Positions 16,328-26,462 are shown, numbered from the stretch's first letter. The stretch is DNA of 64,000 bases from Cloacimonetes bacterium UBA5614 (GCA_002424605.1 DIKQ01000002.1:23483-87482), one strand, 5' to 3'. Notes: a model not told the origin generated them from the sequence alone. Made by a program: numbers and translations.

Positions 16328-19300
16328 GAAAGCTCGTTATAGTTTTTTTGCTGTGCCTGCTGGGTACGCTTTATGCTGAAACCCGCATAGTGTCGTTAAC
16401 CGATGCAAGGAGAATTGCAGACAGCAATGCTGCCATATTATGGGGCGGCAATCTCGGTTCTGCAGAGCCAATACCTTACTACGGACCGGATGATAAAATC
16501 ATTGCTTATCATTTCAACTATGCCATCGGCAGACCTTTTCCTGATAAACATTCTCTTCAACAAAGAAGCGGAGAGGCATTTTCATCAGGTAACCGAGATC
16601 TTGGCTGGGGCGTGGGCGAATTTGGCAATATGGTTATCGGTGCCAATCGCGGCATGCCAGTGTTCATAGAATATGGCAAAGGGCTTTCCTACATATTGGC
16701 TATGGGAAACAAGCTAGAGGAAGTTGCCCGTAAAGAATTTCCTGCAGGATACACTCTGGAAAAAACCTATTATCTTGGTTTGGTCCATATCTGGCACAAG
16801 ATAACCTCCGGCACAGAGGTGCGCTATATTAATCTGCAGCCATATACAAAGGTTATTGGAGAATCTGAGTTCCGGGAAATGGTAAGCACCAGAGCTTTCT
16901 TTTGGGAACGCGGTAATTTTGATGAAGAATGGACCACTTTTTTAGACAATGATGGGACCATCGGACGCTCTGATGTCTGGGTTGTTGGTGAAGAATATAT
17001 GCCGTTTTACGAATGGAGTTATGGCTGCACTCCCACTGCAGCAGCAATGATATGCGCCTGGTGGGACCACTACAAAGGTTATTCCCGTCTGATAGATTAT
17101 CATATTTCACGAGGAGACCCTGTACAGGATGGCTATGATCACCATGTTCCCACTATACAAGGCTTACTTGCTGCTCATATGGATACTGATCCATCTACCG
17201 GAGGAACAGCGGTCAGTGATATCAGTGATGGTATTATAAATGCAGTGGAATCTTTAGGCTATGAATGCTCTTCCGACGGTTTAATTGGCTGGAACGAAGA
17301 CAGCAACGATGTTTATTGGGAAATCATTGATCAGATTGATGGTAATCATCCCTGTATGGTCGGAATTGATAGACATTCTATAGCTGGTGTGGGGTACAAT
17401 CTGACAACCCGGTCAATAATTATTCATGATTCTAACCGTTCTTATGCCTACCAAATTACCCGTTCAATGCTCGAAAGATATCAGTGGGTGTCCCTTCAGC
17501 CTATCAGTAACAATTACTATCTGGAAATCACCTACCCCAATGGAGGCGAAGTCTGGGGTTCAAATATTGGTGGCGGAACTCTTATTTCAGGTGTCTATTA
17601 CGACATTACCTGGAATGGAATGTTGAGTTCAGAGACATATGCCAAGCTATATTACCATCACGAGGGAGGACAAAATCCAGATCGCTGGTTTCCAATCACA
17701 ACATTTACTCCCAATGACGGGCATTATCAATGGCTGGTACCCATCCCGCAAGATTGTGTATTTGGGATTAATACTGATTACAGTAGGGTTAAGATCGAAA
17801 TATATGATTTGAATACCCATGAAATGCTAGCCGCTGATGGCAGTTTTGGCAATTTCAAAACAGGGGGAAGTTTTACTGTTCCTGAACTTACTTTGAATGC
17901 AACTCATTTATTTGGTGGCAATAACCTTTTTGTCGCTCCACAAACTGAAACAGGTACCTGGGGCGCAGTTATTGTAAAAGAAGATCCATTAATGTTGGGA
18001 ACAAAGATTGAATTATTTAATGGTCCGGACTTTTATCAGGAGTATGTAGAATCAATATCCAGCGAGAAAATCAATTATGTTATGATTAACAATCATCAGT
18101 TGCTACCCAGAGAATATGGAGTCAGAATATCAAATATGTATAGTACAGATAATGTATCAACATGGGCATCTAATTCCTCAATACCCGGTCTAATATTGAA
18201 TCCCGGGACTCCGCACACCGATATTTGGACTTCAGGTGTTTTAGGCAAAGTATTTAATGTGTATCTAAATCCCGGGAGTTACTTTTTTGAAATGACAATG
18301 GATTCTTATATGAATCTGGATTTTGCTTTGTTTACTCCATTCGGAGCAGGTGGTATCTATACTTATAATCAAGCAGCTGCTTACTCCAGAAATTCACTTT
18401 TTGGGGGTAGTGAAGGATTTTTCTACACAGTCCCCGAAGCTGGATACTATGGTCTGATTGTTACAGCAAGGGTAAATGGCGTTGGCACTTATAACATCAA
18501 CATCCACAATCCCGGTAAATGGCTGGGAACTGCCGATACCAACTGGTTCAATCCTGCCAACTGGATTGGCAATTCCGTGCCGAATTTTACAAACGATGTG
18601 GTAATACCAGGCGGATGTCCCAATTATCCCATTATTCTGACAGGAACTTATCCTGAGATAAAGTCTATATCTGTTGAAGCGAATGCTTTACTCACCATAG
18701 GCGCTACCGAAATGAATGTGCACCAGAGCATGCAGGTCTATGGCATTATCAACATGACCTCGAACAGCAGCGTTTTGAGTGTGGGTGAAAACCTGTATTG
18801 GGGAGCCGGTTCTTCTCTGGTAGGCAGTATTTACAATTACCAGATAGTATGTTACAAAAACTGGGACTTTGGATTAGGTTCCAATATTCAGATGACTTCG
18901 GGAACCGTAGTATTCTGGGGAGATCAGGACAGCTATGTCACCACCAGTTCTGCCACTTCCAAGTTTAATAATGTTACCCTGAATAAAATCACGGCAGGGC
19001 GTTCAGTAATCCATAGTGAATATTCCAGCAATGACTGGAGGATATACGGCAACCTGACAATCTCAAATTCCAACACCACGTTAAGTTCGGAAACAGATAA
19101 GAAAATCCAGATATATAGCAGTATTACCAATAATGGGCATATCCAGTTGGATAACGGAACAGTCGATTTCAAGATAGGAAGCTCATTGCCTGTCCTCAAT
19201 ACAGGCGATTACTTTTATGGCTTGACCATCAGCACTACTACCGCTTTATCTCTGCCTTCCAATTACAGCATCAGTGGTGACCTCACTATCTCCAGTGGAG

Positions 19301-22300
19301 GCATCAATGCCAACACCAGAGCCATTACCTTGTCCGGCAACTTCATAAACAATGTGGGACCTGCAGGGTTTGTCAAAGGCACCAGTACCGTTATCTTTAA
19401 CGGCGGCGGAGACCAGAGATGCACCAATGGCAATTTCTATCGTATGGAGATTGCAAGCCAGTACTGCAATGTTATATTCACGGGAGCCGGAGCAACATCA
19501 ACCTGCGATATCTATGACTGGACGGCCGGTTCATTGGAAGTGGAGCAGGGAACTCTAAACATTTTAGATTTAGCGGATAACGGCTTGTATGGCAATTACA
19601 TGTTAACGGGTGGTACTCTTAATGTTAATCAGGATAACTCCCAATACACAGACCTTAATGGCAGTCTGTATATCTACAGTGGGACCATGAATGTCTATGG
19701 CGGAAACGGCAACAGCTACTGGCCATATGCAGCCAATGCCCATATTGAAATGCACGGCGGAGTGCTGGATTTCAGGAATCGCGGCATCTATATTTATAAT
19801 TCTCCCACGTATACACTGACCACAGAGCTCAGGGGTGGTATAATCCGTACAGCCGGAAGCTTCCTCTGTTACAGGCCGGATTTCTGGTTTGCTGATGAGC
19901 ATTACATTGAGCTCTACGGGTCTACAGATGCCAATATCTATCTGCACAGTTCCGCCGGTTTTCACTCATTTATCTTCAACAAAGGTTCTGCCCGGGCGGA
20001 TGCCTGCCCTGCCGGCCTTGACCAGATAGAGAGGGAAGGCGTGGAACTGCCGGTTGAACTGCGTAGCAGCAACAGCAGCGCTACCCGGGCAAATACCGTT
20101 AACCTCATCAGCAACGTCTATATCTTCGGTGACCTGATTATTGAATCAGGTACCGTCAACCTGAACAGCTACAACCTGACCACTGAAAGCGATTCTGATG
20201 TCATGGGTGGCACCATTATTATGAACCAGGCATCAGCCCGGTTAGTGACTTATGGCAGATTCCAGTGGGGAGAGAATGCCGTTCTCAATGCTACGGCAGG
20301 TGAGATGCATTTCTATCACAGTCTGACTTTTGCTGAGGACTCAGTCTTCCAGATGGGTACGGGTACTACAGCCAGATTCTGGACTGAGTTCAATACCATT
20401 GCCAGTTACGCAGACATCTGCCAGTTTGGGAATGTTGTCCTGGAAGACGACTGCGAAATGGAAATCCTGAATTATCAGCCCATCACGATAACGGGTAATA
20501 TGTCTCTGCTTGGTGAAAGCATCCTTCGGGCAGATGGCGTTATCAACATTAGTGGCAGCTTTACGGACAATGAATATGCCTACACGTATATCCAGACAGA
20601 TATGACGGTTAATCAGAACATCCTGCTATACGGTGTCCTGACTATAGAAAACTCCACTCTCACCTGTCATGGCAACTTCCAGAACCTTGCCGGAAGCCTT
20701 GTCCTTAGCAATAATGGTAACTGCATAATTGACAGACCTTTTGACAGCACCTACCAGTTGATTGAGGGAGGCTTGATTATCAGTAGCGGTGTGTTTGAAG
20801 TCACTAACAATGGTATCCAGTTTACCAATGACGCCTATCTTGCTATGGATGGCGGCACCATCCGCACCGGCTGGAATTTTGTGGCAACCAGTTCCAATGT
20901 CTTCAATCCCGATGGCGGAAGCGTGGAGTTTATCGGCGACAGGAATGCCACAATTGAATGCAACAACGGCAATTATTTCTATGATATCGTCTTCAACAAA
21001 CCCATCACAACCAATGTTGTTTCGGTTCTGACTGACCTGAGTGTAGGGCTTGACTTCACCGTACTGGGTGGAAATCCGGCTTTAAACGGTAACAACATTT
21101 ACATTAGTCGTGATATGATAATCAATGGTGGCAGGGTCTCTGCCTCCAGTAACTCTCTTACGGACATCTATGTCGCCAGGAACTGGATTAACAATGTCGG
21201 AACAACTGCGTTTTCCGAGGGCACCACTCCGTTAAACTATTCCACCGTACATTTCTACGGTGCAGAAAACTCCATTGTATCGACCGAGACGTTTTATGTG
21301 TTGCGTATCAATAAAAGCACCTCAGGCAGCTACACTGTGACTCCTCAGGCCGGGGCAACGATTACTGCCAAGGGTCCGGTGGAGATTGTAAGGGGTAATT
21401 TGCAGCTCAGGGATAATTGCATCCTTGATGTTAATAGCAGTATCAATATCTCTGCTGGCGGGGGCTTGGACCTTAGTGACACATCGTCTTACGGAACGCT
21501 TTATCTGACGGGAAATCTTTATGATGCAAATACTACTTTCGGCTCAGGAGTCGGGTTTGATGCCATTGCCGAATGCCATGTTATCCTTGATGGCGGTGGA
21601 GACCAGATTATTGACGCTAACCGCAGCAATGTTCAGTTCTACAATCTCACAGTCAACAAACCCTCCGGAAGGGTTATGCCCCATAAAAATGTCTCCACCT
21701 CCGGCTACCTTCATCTGATTTCAGGTGAATGGAATTATGGAGTGGCAGGCTTGGTCAAATTAATCATGACCAACCTGATTATAGAAGCTGCTGCTTCCTT
21801 TACTGATAATACCGGCATAGTTCTTTTTGATGGCTGGATTGTCAGCGAAGCAAGAATTCTTGGCAATGCCTCGCTGGGAACTATCAACATTGACAAAGGT
21901 GCGTATAGCTTCAACCTGAGCGGGAATGTGTCCTTGGCAGGAACCACCACCCTGAACCTGATCAGCGGTAATATCAATTTAAACGGGTACACTCTGCAGA
22001 TGACTGGCACCCTAAATCTGGCAAACTATCTTTATCTGCAGCCAAGCTCCGTCCTCAGCCTGGGAAACAACTCCGTGCTGAATGTCAACAACGGCGGCAG
22101 GTTCATTACGCTGGGAACGCAAGCCAATCCTGCCCTGGTCACCAGTCATGACGGCTATTATGCCTTTAACGTGAACGATTATGGGAAAATCGGCGGTAGC
22201 TGGGGAATCTACGAAAAGATGAATATCAATGGAATTCTCTTTGCTCAAAGGACAAGCATTGACAGCGAATATCCCATGCAGTACCCGACCTTCCGCAACG

Positions 22301-22752
22301 GTGCTCCCGGCGGTTCCCTGCTGCGCGTTAATTGGGCTGCTGCCAGTAACAACGTAATCCAGAATCCCATCTTCCCTGCCAATACCTGGGGAGGGCTCTA
22401 TAACGTCAGGAAGGCAGGCGGCACCGGTTCCATCACTCTCCAGAATGCCACCGGTGCTTTTTCCGGAGCAGCGTTTGAATATGACCCCTATGGCACTGTA
22501 CACTGGACCTATCCGGTCGCTCCGGGAGTTCCCCAGAACGTTCAGATTATCCGGGTCTCAGGCAATGCAGTGCTTTCCTGGAATGCTGTTGCCGGAGTTA
22601 CGGGATACAAAATATACCGTGCTGTTTCTCCGGAACTGATGGGTGAAGCCATACTGGTCGGAACCACCGCACAGACCTCTTTCACGGATACGGTTCATCC
22701 GTTGGGTTCACATACTGCGGGATTCTACTTTGTGAAGTCTTATGTAGATTAA
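16324..22752 (+). CDS. Giant secreted protein 2 (2142 aa), paralog of 5218-11637
   Basis: Same architecture as protein 1. Signal peptide MRKLVIVFLLCLLGTLYA, Cys motif YGCTPTAAAM, His motif RHSIAGVGYN, beta-helix repeats, C-terminal FN3-like ...SWNAVAGVTGYKIYR...FYFVKSYVD. Confidence 0.9.
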   Translation: MRKLVIVFLLCLLGTLYAETRIVSLTDARRIADSNAAILWGGNLGSAEPIPYYGPDDKIIAYHFNYAIGRPFPDKHSLQQRSGEAFSSGNRDLGWGVGEFGNMVIGANRGMPVFIEYGKGLSYILAMGNKLEEVARKEFPAGYTLEKTYYLGLVHIWHKITSGTEVRYINLQPYTKVIGESEFREMVSTRAFFWERGNFDEEWTTFLDNDGTIGRSDVWVVGEEYMPFYEWSYGCTPTAAAMICAWWDHYKGYSRLIDYHISRGDPVQDGYDHHVPTIQGLLAAHMDTDPSTGGTAVSDISDGIINAVESLGYECSSDGLIGWNEDSNDVYWEIIDQIDGNHPCMVGIDRHSIAGVGYNLTTRSIIIHDSNRSYAYQITRSMLERYQWVSLQPISNNYYLEITYPNGGEVWGSNIGGGTLISGVYYDITWNGMLSSETYAKLYYHHEGGQNPDRWFPITTFTPNDGHYQWLVPIPQDCVFGINTDYSRVKIEIYDLNTHEMLAADGSFGNFKTGGSFTVPELTLNATHLFGGNNLFVAPQTETGTWGAVIVKEDPLMLGTKIELFNGPDFYQEYVESISSEKINYVMINNHQLLPREYGVRISNMYSTDNVSTWASNSSIPGLILNPGTPHTDIWTSGVLGKVFNVYLNPGSYFFEMTMDSYMNLDFALFTPFGAGGIYTYNQAAAYSRNSLFGGSEGFFYTVPEAGYYGLIVTARVNGVGTYNINIHNPGKWLGTADTNWFNPANWIGNSVPNFTNDVVIPGGCPNYPIILTGTYPEIKSISVEANALLTIGATEMNVHQSMQVYGIINMTSNSSVLSVGENLYWGAGSSLVGSIYNYQIVCYKNWDFGLGSNIQMTSGTVVFWGDQDSYVTTSSATSKFNNVTLNKITAGRSVIHSEYSSNDWRIYGNLTISNSNTTLSSETDKKIQIYSSITNNGHIQLDNGTVDFKIGSSLPVLNTGDYFYGLTISTTTALSLPSNYSISGDLTISSGGINANTRAITLSGNFINNVGPAGFVKGTSTVIFNGGGDQRCTNGNFYRMEIASQYCNVIFTGAGATSTCDIYDWTAGSLEVEQGTLNILDLADNGLYGNYMLTGGTLNVNQDNSQYTDLNGSLYIYSGTMNVYGGNGNSYWPYAANAHIEMHGGVLDFRNRGIYIYNSPTYTLTTELRGGIIRTAGSFLCYRPDFWFADEHYIELYGSTDANIYLHSSAGFHSFIFNKGSARADACPAGLDQIEREGVELPVELRSSNSSATRANTVNLISNVYIFGDLIIESGTVNLNSYNLTTESDSDVMGGTIIMNQASARLVTYGRFQWGENAVLNATAGEMHFYHSLTFAEDSVFQMGTGTTARFWTEFNTIASYADICQFGNVVLEDDCEMEILNYQPITITGNMSLLGESILRADGVINISGSFTDNEYAYTYIQTDMTVNQNILLYGVLTIENSTLTCHGNFQNLAGSLVLSNNGNCIIDRPFDSTYQLIEGGLIISSGVFEVTNNGIQFTNDAYLAMDGGTIRTGWNFVATSSNVFNPDGGSVEFIGDRNATIECNNGNYFYDIVFNKPITTNVVSVLTDLSVGLDFTVLGGNPALNGNNIYISRDMIINGGRVSASSNSLTDIYVARNWINNVGTTAFSEGTTPLNYSTVHFYGAENSIVSTETFYVLRINKSTSGSYTVTPQAGATITAKGPVEIVRGNLQLRDNCILDVNSSINISAGGGLDLSDTSSYGTLYLTGNLYDANTTFGSGVGFDAIAECHVILDGGGDQIIDANRSNVQFYNLTVNKPSGRVMPHKNVSTSGYLHLISGEWNYGVAGLVKLIMTNLIIEAAASFTDNTGIVLFDGWIVSEARILGNASLGTINIDKGAYSFNLSGNVSLAGTTTLNLISGNINLNGYTLQMTGTLNLANYLYLQPSSVLSLGNNSVLNVNNGGRFITLGTQANPALVTSHDGYYAFNVNDYGKIGGSWGIYEKMNINGILFAQRTSIDSEYPMQYPTFRNGAPGGSLLRVNWAAASNNVIQNPIFPANTWGGLYNVRKAGGTGSITLQNATGAFSGAAFEYDPYGTVHWTYPVAPGVPQNVQIIRVSGNAVLSWNAVAGVTGYKIYRAVSPELMGEAILVGTTAQTSFTDTVHPLGSHTAGFYFVKSYVD

Positions 22753-22791
22753 TTATCTGCTTAATAAGCAGTTAACTCCAAGCAAAACCAA

Positions 22792-22828
22792 GGCTGCCGC
22801 GCTCTCCTTGCCGGCAGCCGTTTTTTTT
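22792..22828 (+). terminator. Rho-independent terminator of giant gene 2
   Basis: GGCTGCCG ... CGGCAGCC stem followed by T8. Confidence 0.85.
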
Positions 22829-22842
22829 ATACTGAAGAATAT

Positions 22843-22945
22843 TGTTTCCTGCTTCTCCCTTTATGAGATGTCCCGAAGATGTCGCGGAGATGGCCGGGTT
22901 TTCTTCGGGAGGCTTCGGGGCATCTTCGGGACATCTAAGTAAGCG
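22843..22945. repeat. Element A copy 3 (rearranged variant, 3 + 3 modules)
   Basis: Same CT-rich leader (tgtttcctgcttctccc). GATG modules start at 22867, 22878 and 22889. CTTCGGG modules start at 22903, 22913 and 22924. There is a perfect 16-bp pairing between 22866-22881 and 22921-22936. Confidence 0.8.
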
Positions 22946-23050
22946 GGGATTGAGCAATATTCATGCGGGAAAATAAATCTGCTTGACAATGTTTCCTCAT
23001 TATATCAAGGTGATAAATGTAAGATAATTAGTCTAACCATCAACAGATTT

Positions 23051-23380
23051 ATGTATCGCAAGGGGGATATGATGAACGTTGAGCTCACCTATGATGGCAA
23101 GACCGCAGTAATGAAGATTGACGGTATTCTGACCAGTGATAACAGCTATATATTGCAGGACAGGCTGAATGAAGTGCTGAAAAGCGAAGCCTCGGTACTG
23201 GAGATGGATTTGCTGGAATGCCGTAACATCAGCAGTACCGGTATCGGCAAAATTTTACTTTTTTACAAAGACTTCATAGCCAAAGGCGGGGAAATAGAGG
23301 TCGTTCGCTGTTCCCACGGCGTTTACGAGCTGTTCTCCATGTTAAAACTGAATCAGCTTTTCACGGTGAACCTGGGATAG
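23051..23380 (+). CDS. STAS-domain anti-sigma-factor antagonist (SpoIIAA/RsbV-like)
   Basis: ~100-aa STAS pattern (MKIDGILTSDNSYILQDRL...ISSTGIGKILLF...VRCSHGVYELFSMLKLNQLF). The true start is probably ATG 23069 or 23072, after AAGGGGGA. Confidence 0.75.
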   Translation: MYRKGDMMNVELTYDGKTAVMKIDGILTSDNSYILQDRLNEVLKSEASVLEMDLLECRNISSTGIGKILLFYKDFIAKGGEIEVVRCSHGVYELFSMLKLNQLFTVNLG

Positions 23381-24286
23381 ATGGCTACAAGAAAAATCAG
23401 AATTCTTATCGTTGACGACAGCGTAAGCATGGTCAATGGGCTGATTATGATACTCAAGGTATCCGGCTTTGACGCAGACCCGGCTTACAACGGTCACGAT
23501 GCCCTCCGCAAGCTTTCCGCCAAAGAATATGATTTGGTGATTTGTGACATTGAAATGCCCGGTCTCAGCGGTCTGGACTTGCTGAAGCACGTGCGCCACG
23601 ATTATGATAACATCTCTTTTATCCTGATGACGGGTTTCCTGGAACAGGAATATTTCATCAGGGCCATCCAGCTCGGCGCCAGTGACTTTATCCGCAAACC
23701 CATCGATACAGAGCTTTTACTAAAATCCGTCCAGCTCCAGATTAACAAGAAAAAGGAGCACTGGGATTACCTGAGCGTCAGCAATCAGGTCAGCCTGGCG
23801 GATGTGAATTTCTCCCTGCCTCCCCAGATGTTCAGGCAGGTGGACTTCATCAAGATTTTCACCAAGTTTTTCAAACAGAACCTTAACCTCAACAATACCA
23901 TCATCAACGAGCTCCTGCTGTGCATGGAAGAAATGCTTTACAATGCCTTCATCCACGGTACCCTAAACCTAGGCCTGGCTGAAAGGACCCTGGGATATGA
24001 TGATTACAGGGACCTGATTTCCCAAAGGCTTCAACAGCCCGAAATCGCTGCCAAGCAAATCCACATCCGCTTTTCGCTCAATCAGGTAAAACAGATTGTA
24101 ATCCTGGAAGTGGAAGACGAAGGCAAAGGATTTGACCACAAGTTCTGGATTAATAAAATCAAGAAATCCGAAGGAATCCAGTTGGAAGACTTCGGACGTG
24201 GAATTTCCATCATTTACCACCTGTCCAGCAAGGTAACCTTCGGAAAAGGCGGCAGACTCATCAGGATAGAGAAACAAATCACTTAA
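23381..24286 (+). CDS. Response-regulator receiver fused to an RsbW/SpoIIAB-like serine-kinase (HATPase_c_2-like) domain
   Basis: REC domain with ILIVDDS, VICDIEMPG, ILMTG and IRKP. C-terminal N-box-like EEMLYNAFIHG, G1-like VEDEGKGFD and G2-like GRGISIIYHL. Confidence 0.7.
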   Translation: MATRKIRILIVDDSVSMVNGLIMILKVSGFDADPAYNGHDALRKLSAKEYDLVICDIEMPGLSGLDLLKHVRHDYDNISFILMTGFLEQEYFIRAIQLGASDFIRKPIDTELLLKSVQLQINKKKEHWDYLSVSNQVSLADVNFSLPPQMFRQVDFIKIFTKFFKQNLNLNNTIINELLLCMEEMLYNAFIHGTLNLGLAERTLGYDDYRDLISQRLQQPEIAAKQIHIRFSLNQVKQIVILEVEDEGKGFDHKFWINKIKKSEGIQLEDFGRGISIIYHLSSKVTFGKGGRLIRIEKQIT

Positions 24287-25125
24287 TGCTATCTGATAAA
24301 TTGTTAACACTTTCCGAACTGCATCATTCGGCGATGCAGTCAGCCCTGAATGAACGTCTCCAGACTTCTGCGGTAAAACTGTTGCTTTCAGAGCTTACAG
24401 GGCTTACCCTTCCCGAACTCTCCGTCAGGACGGATTTTCCCCTCACTGAGTTTCAGGTATCCGTTTTCTGGGAATGGTTTGGACGGCTGAAGGCGCATGA
24501 ACCGGTGCAGTATATCATTGGCAAAGCTCACTTTTACGGATTGGAACTCCAGGTTAACCGCAATGTGCTGATTCCGCGTCCCGAAACTGAAGGACTGGTG
24601 GAATGGCTGGTCAAGCGTGAAAAAGGTTTGCCCCGGATTCTGGATATCGGGACAGGCAGCGGAGCCATCGCTCTTGCCCTCAAAAACCTCAAGCCCGGCT
24701 TTGAAGTCTCCGCCACCGACATCTCGCAGGCTGCCATAGACCAGGCGCAAAAAAATGCCGAAATCCTGAAGCTGAATGTGCATTTCCTCTGTTGCGGACT
24801 CTTCCCGATGGATAAAGTTCGCTTCGATATCGTTGTCTCCAATCCGCCTTACATCACCGAAGCAGATTATGCAAAACTGGATGATGAAATCCGCCTGTTT
24901 GAGCCGAAACTGGCTTTGCTGGCAGGAGAGGACGGGCTGGAGTTTTATCACCGCATCCTCAGCCAGGCTCCGGACTTCCTTACTCCCAGCGGCAAGGTCT
25001 ATCTGGAAACGGGTGAATTGCAATCCTCCGCCATCAGCAGAATAGCCGTGGACTCGGGATTCAGCAAGGTGGAAGTAAAAAGGGATTTGACCGGACGCAA
25101 CCGCTATCTCTGCGCTTCGCTATAA
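24286..25125 (+). CDS. prmC: Release-factor glutamine N5-methyltransferase
   Basis: SAM motif LDIGTGSGAI and catalytic NPPY (VSNPPYI). Confidence 0.85.
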   Translation: MLSDKLLTLSELHHSAMQSALNERLQTSAVKLLLSELTGLTLPELSVRTDFPLTEFQVSVFWEWFGRLKAHEPVQYIIGKAHFYGLELQVNRNVLIPRPETEGLVEWLVKREKGLPRILDIGTGSGAIALALKNLKPGFEVSATDISQAAIDQAQKNAEILKLNVHFLCCGLFPMDKVRFDIVVSNPPYITEADYAKLDDEIRLFEPKLALLAGEDGLEFYHRILSQAPDFLTPSGKVYLETGELQSSAISRIAVDSGFSKVEVKRDLTGRNRYLCASL

Positions 25126-25199
25126 AGATATATTGACAAAAAGGCACATTTCGGAACACGCTATCCGCATAGAACACGAATTTCACTCAAGGTAGAAAT

Positions 25200-26453
25200 A
25201 TGGACAGATTTATCATCAAAGGCGGTAATCCGCTGCAGGGCACGATTCAGGTCAGCGGTGCCAAAAACGCCATCCTTCCCATCATGGCAGCCAGTCTGCT
25301 GGCTCCGGGCAAATCCGTGCTTTCCAATGTGCCAAACCTGATTGACCTCAAGACCATGGCGCACCTGATGCGCATCATCGGTGCCAGGGTGGAGATGTCC
25401 GAAGGCAGGATGCACATTGATTCCACCAACGTTTGCTACAGCGAAGCCCCCTATGAGTTGGTCAGCAAGATGCGCGCCTCCATCTATGTGATGGGACCTC
25501 TGCTTGCCCGTTTGGGTGAAGCCAGGGTCTCCTTTCCCGGCGGTTGCGCCATCGGAACCCGTCCGGTGGATTTGCACCTCAAGGCCATTGAAAAGCTGGG
25601 AGCTGAAATCAATATCGAGCAGGGTTACATCCATGCCAAAGCAAAGAAGCTCAAAGGCGCTGTCATCCATTTTGAAAAGTCCTCCGTCGGCGCTACCATC
25701 AATACCCTGATGGCTTGCGTAACCGCCGAGGGCGAGACGGAATTGCTCAATGCCGCCATGGAGCCGGAAGTGGATTCCACCATTGATTTTCTGAACCAGA
25801 TGGGTGCCAAAATCAGCGGTAAAGGCAGTACTCATCTCATCATCAAGGGCGTTTCAGAGCTTTTCCCGGTCGGGATGGAGATGATTTCAGACCGCATTGA
25901 AGCGGGAACTTTCCTGATTGCCGGTGCCATGAGCTCCGAACCTCTCACTGTGGCAAATTGCCAGCCCCATCATCTGGATGAACTGATAGCCAAGCTCCGC
26001 AGTGCCGGCTGTGAGCTTCTGGTAAACGATGATTCCATCACTGTCCATCCTCCCAAAGTCATCAAACCCGTAAACATCACCACTGTGCCCTATCCCGGTT
26101 TCCCGACCGACCTCCAGGCGCAGTTCATGGTCCTGATGGCGCTTGCCGATGGTGTCAGCATCGTCACCGATACCATCTTCCCCGACCGCTTTATGCATGT
26201 GGCAGAGCTGAACCGTTTGCAGGCGAATATCAGCCTGAACCTGAATATTGCCACCGTAAAGGGTGTGAAGGGCTTTGGCGGAGCGGAAATCATGGCGACC
26301 GACCTCCGCGCCAGCGCTGCTTTGGTTCTGGCAGGACTCAAGGCAGAAGGCGAAACGATTATCAACCGCATCTATCACATAGACCGCGGTTATGACCGCA
26401 TCGAGGAAAAGCTCAATGCCGTCGGTGCCCAAATCATCAGGGACAATGCCTGA
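25200..26453 (+). CDS. murA: UDP-N-acetylglucosamine 1-carboxyvinyltransferase
   Basis: MDRFIIKGGNPLQGTIQVSGAKNA... and the full-length 417-aa MurA pattern. Confidence 0.93.
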   Translation: MDRFIIKGGNPLQGTIQVSGAKNAILPIMAASLLAPGKSVLSNVPNLIDLKTMAHLMRIIGARVEMSEGRMHIDSTNVCYSEAPYELVSKMRASIYVMGPLLARLGEARVSFPGGCAIGTRPVDLHLKAIEKLGAEINIEQGYIHAKAKKLKGAVIHFEKSSVGATINTLMACVTAEGETELLNAAMEPEVDSTIDFLNQMGAKISGKGSTHLIIKGVSELFPVGMEMISDRIEAGTFLIAGAMSSEPLTVANCQPHHLDELIAKLRSAGCELLVNDDSITVHPPKVIKPVNITTVPYPGFPTDLQAQFMVLMALADGVSIVTDTIFPDRFMHVAELNRLQANISLNLNIATVKGVKGFGGAEIMATDLRASAALVLAGLKAEGETIINRIYHIDRGYDRIEEKLNAVGAQIIRDNA

Positions 26454-26462
26454 GGCAGGAAC

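Noticed and set aside
4671-22945. The duplicated locus, considered as a transposon, genomic island or integrative element.
   Set aside because: No transposase, integrase, recombinase, tRNA target or long terminal inverted repeats were seen. The boundaries are the short element A palindromes only, so it is reported as a segmental duplication.
24388-25835. Antisense ORFs opposite prmC and murA (24388-25023 and 25161-25835). Similar ones lie opposite rho and U32 (61321-62022 and 62392-63060) and the 46645 gene (47797-48522).
   Set aside because: They are shadow ORFs with no motifs, and the opposite strand carries confidently identified genes.
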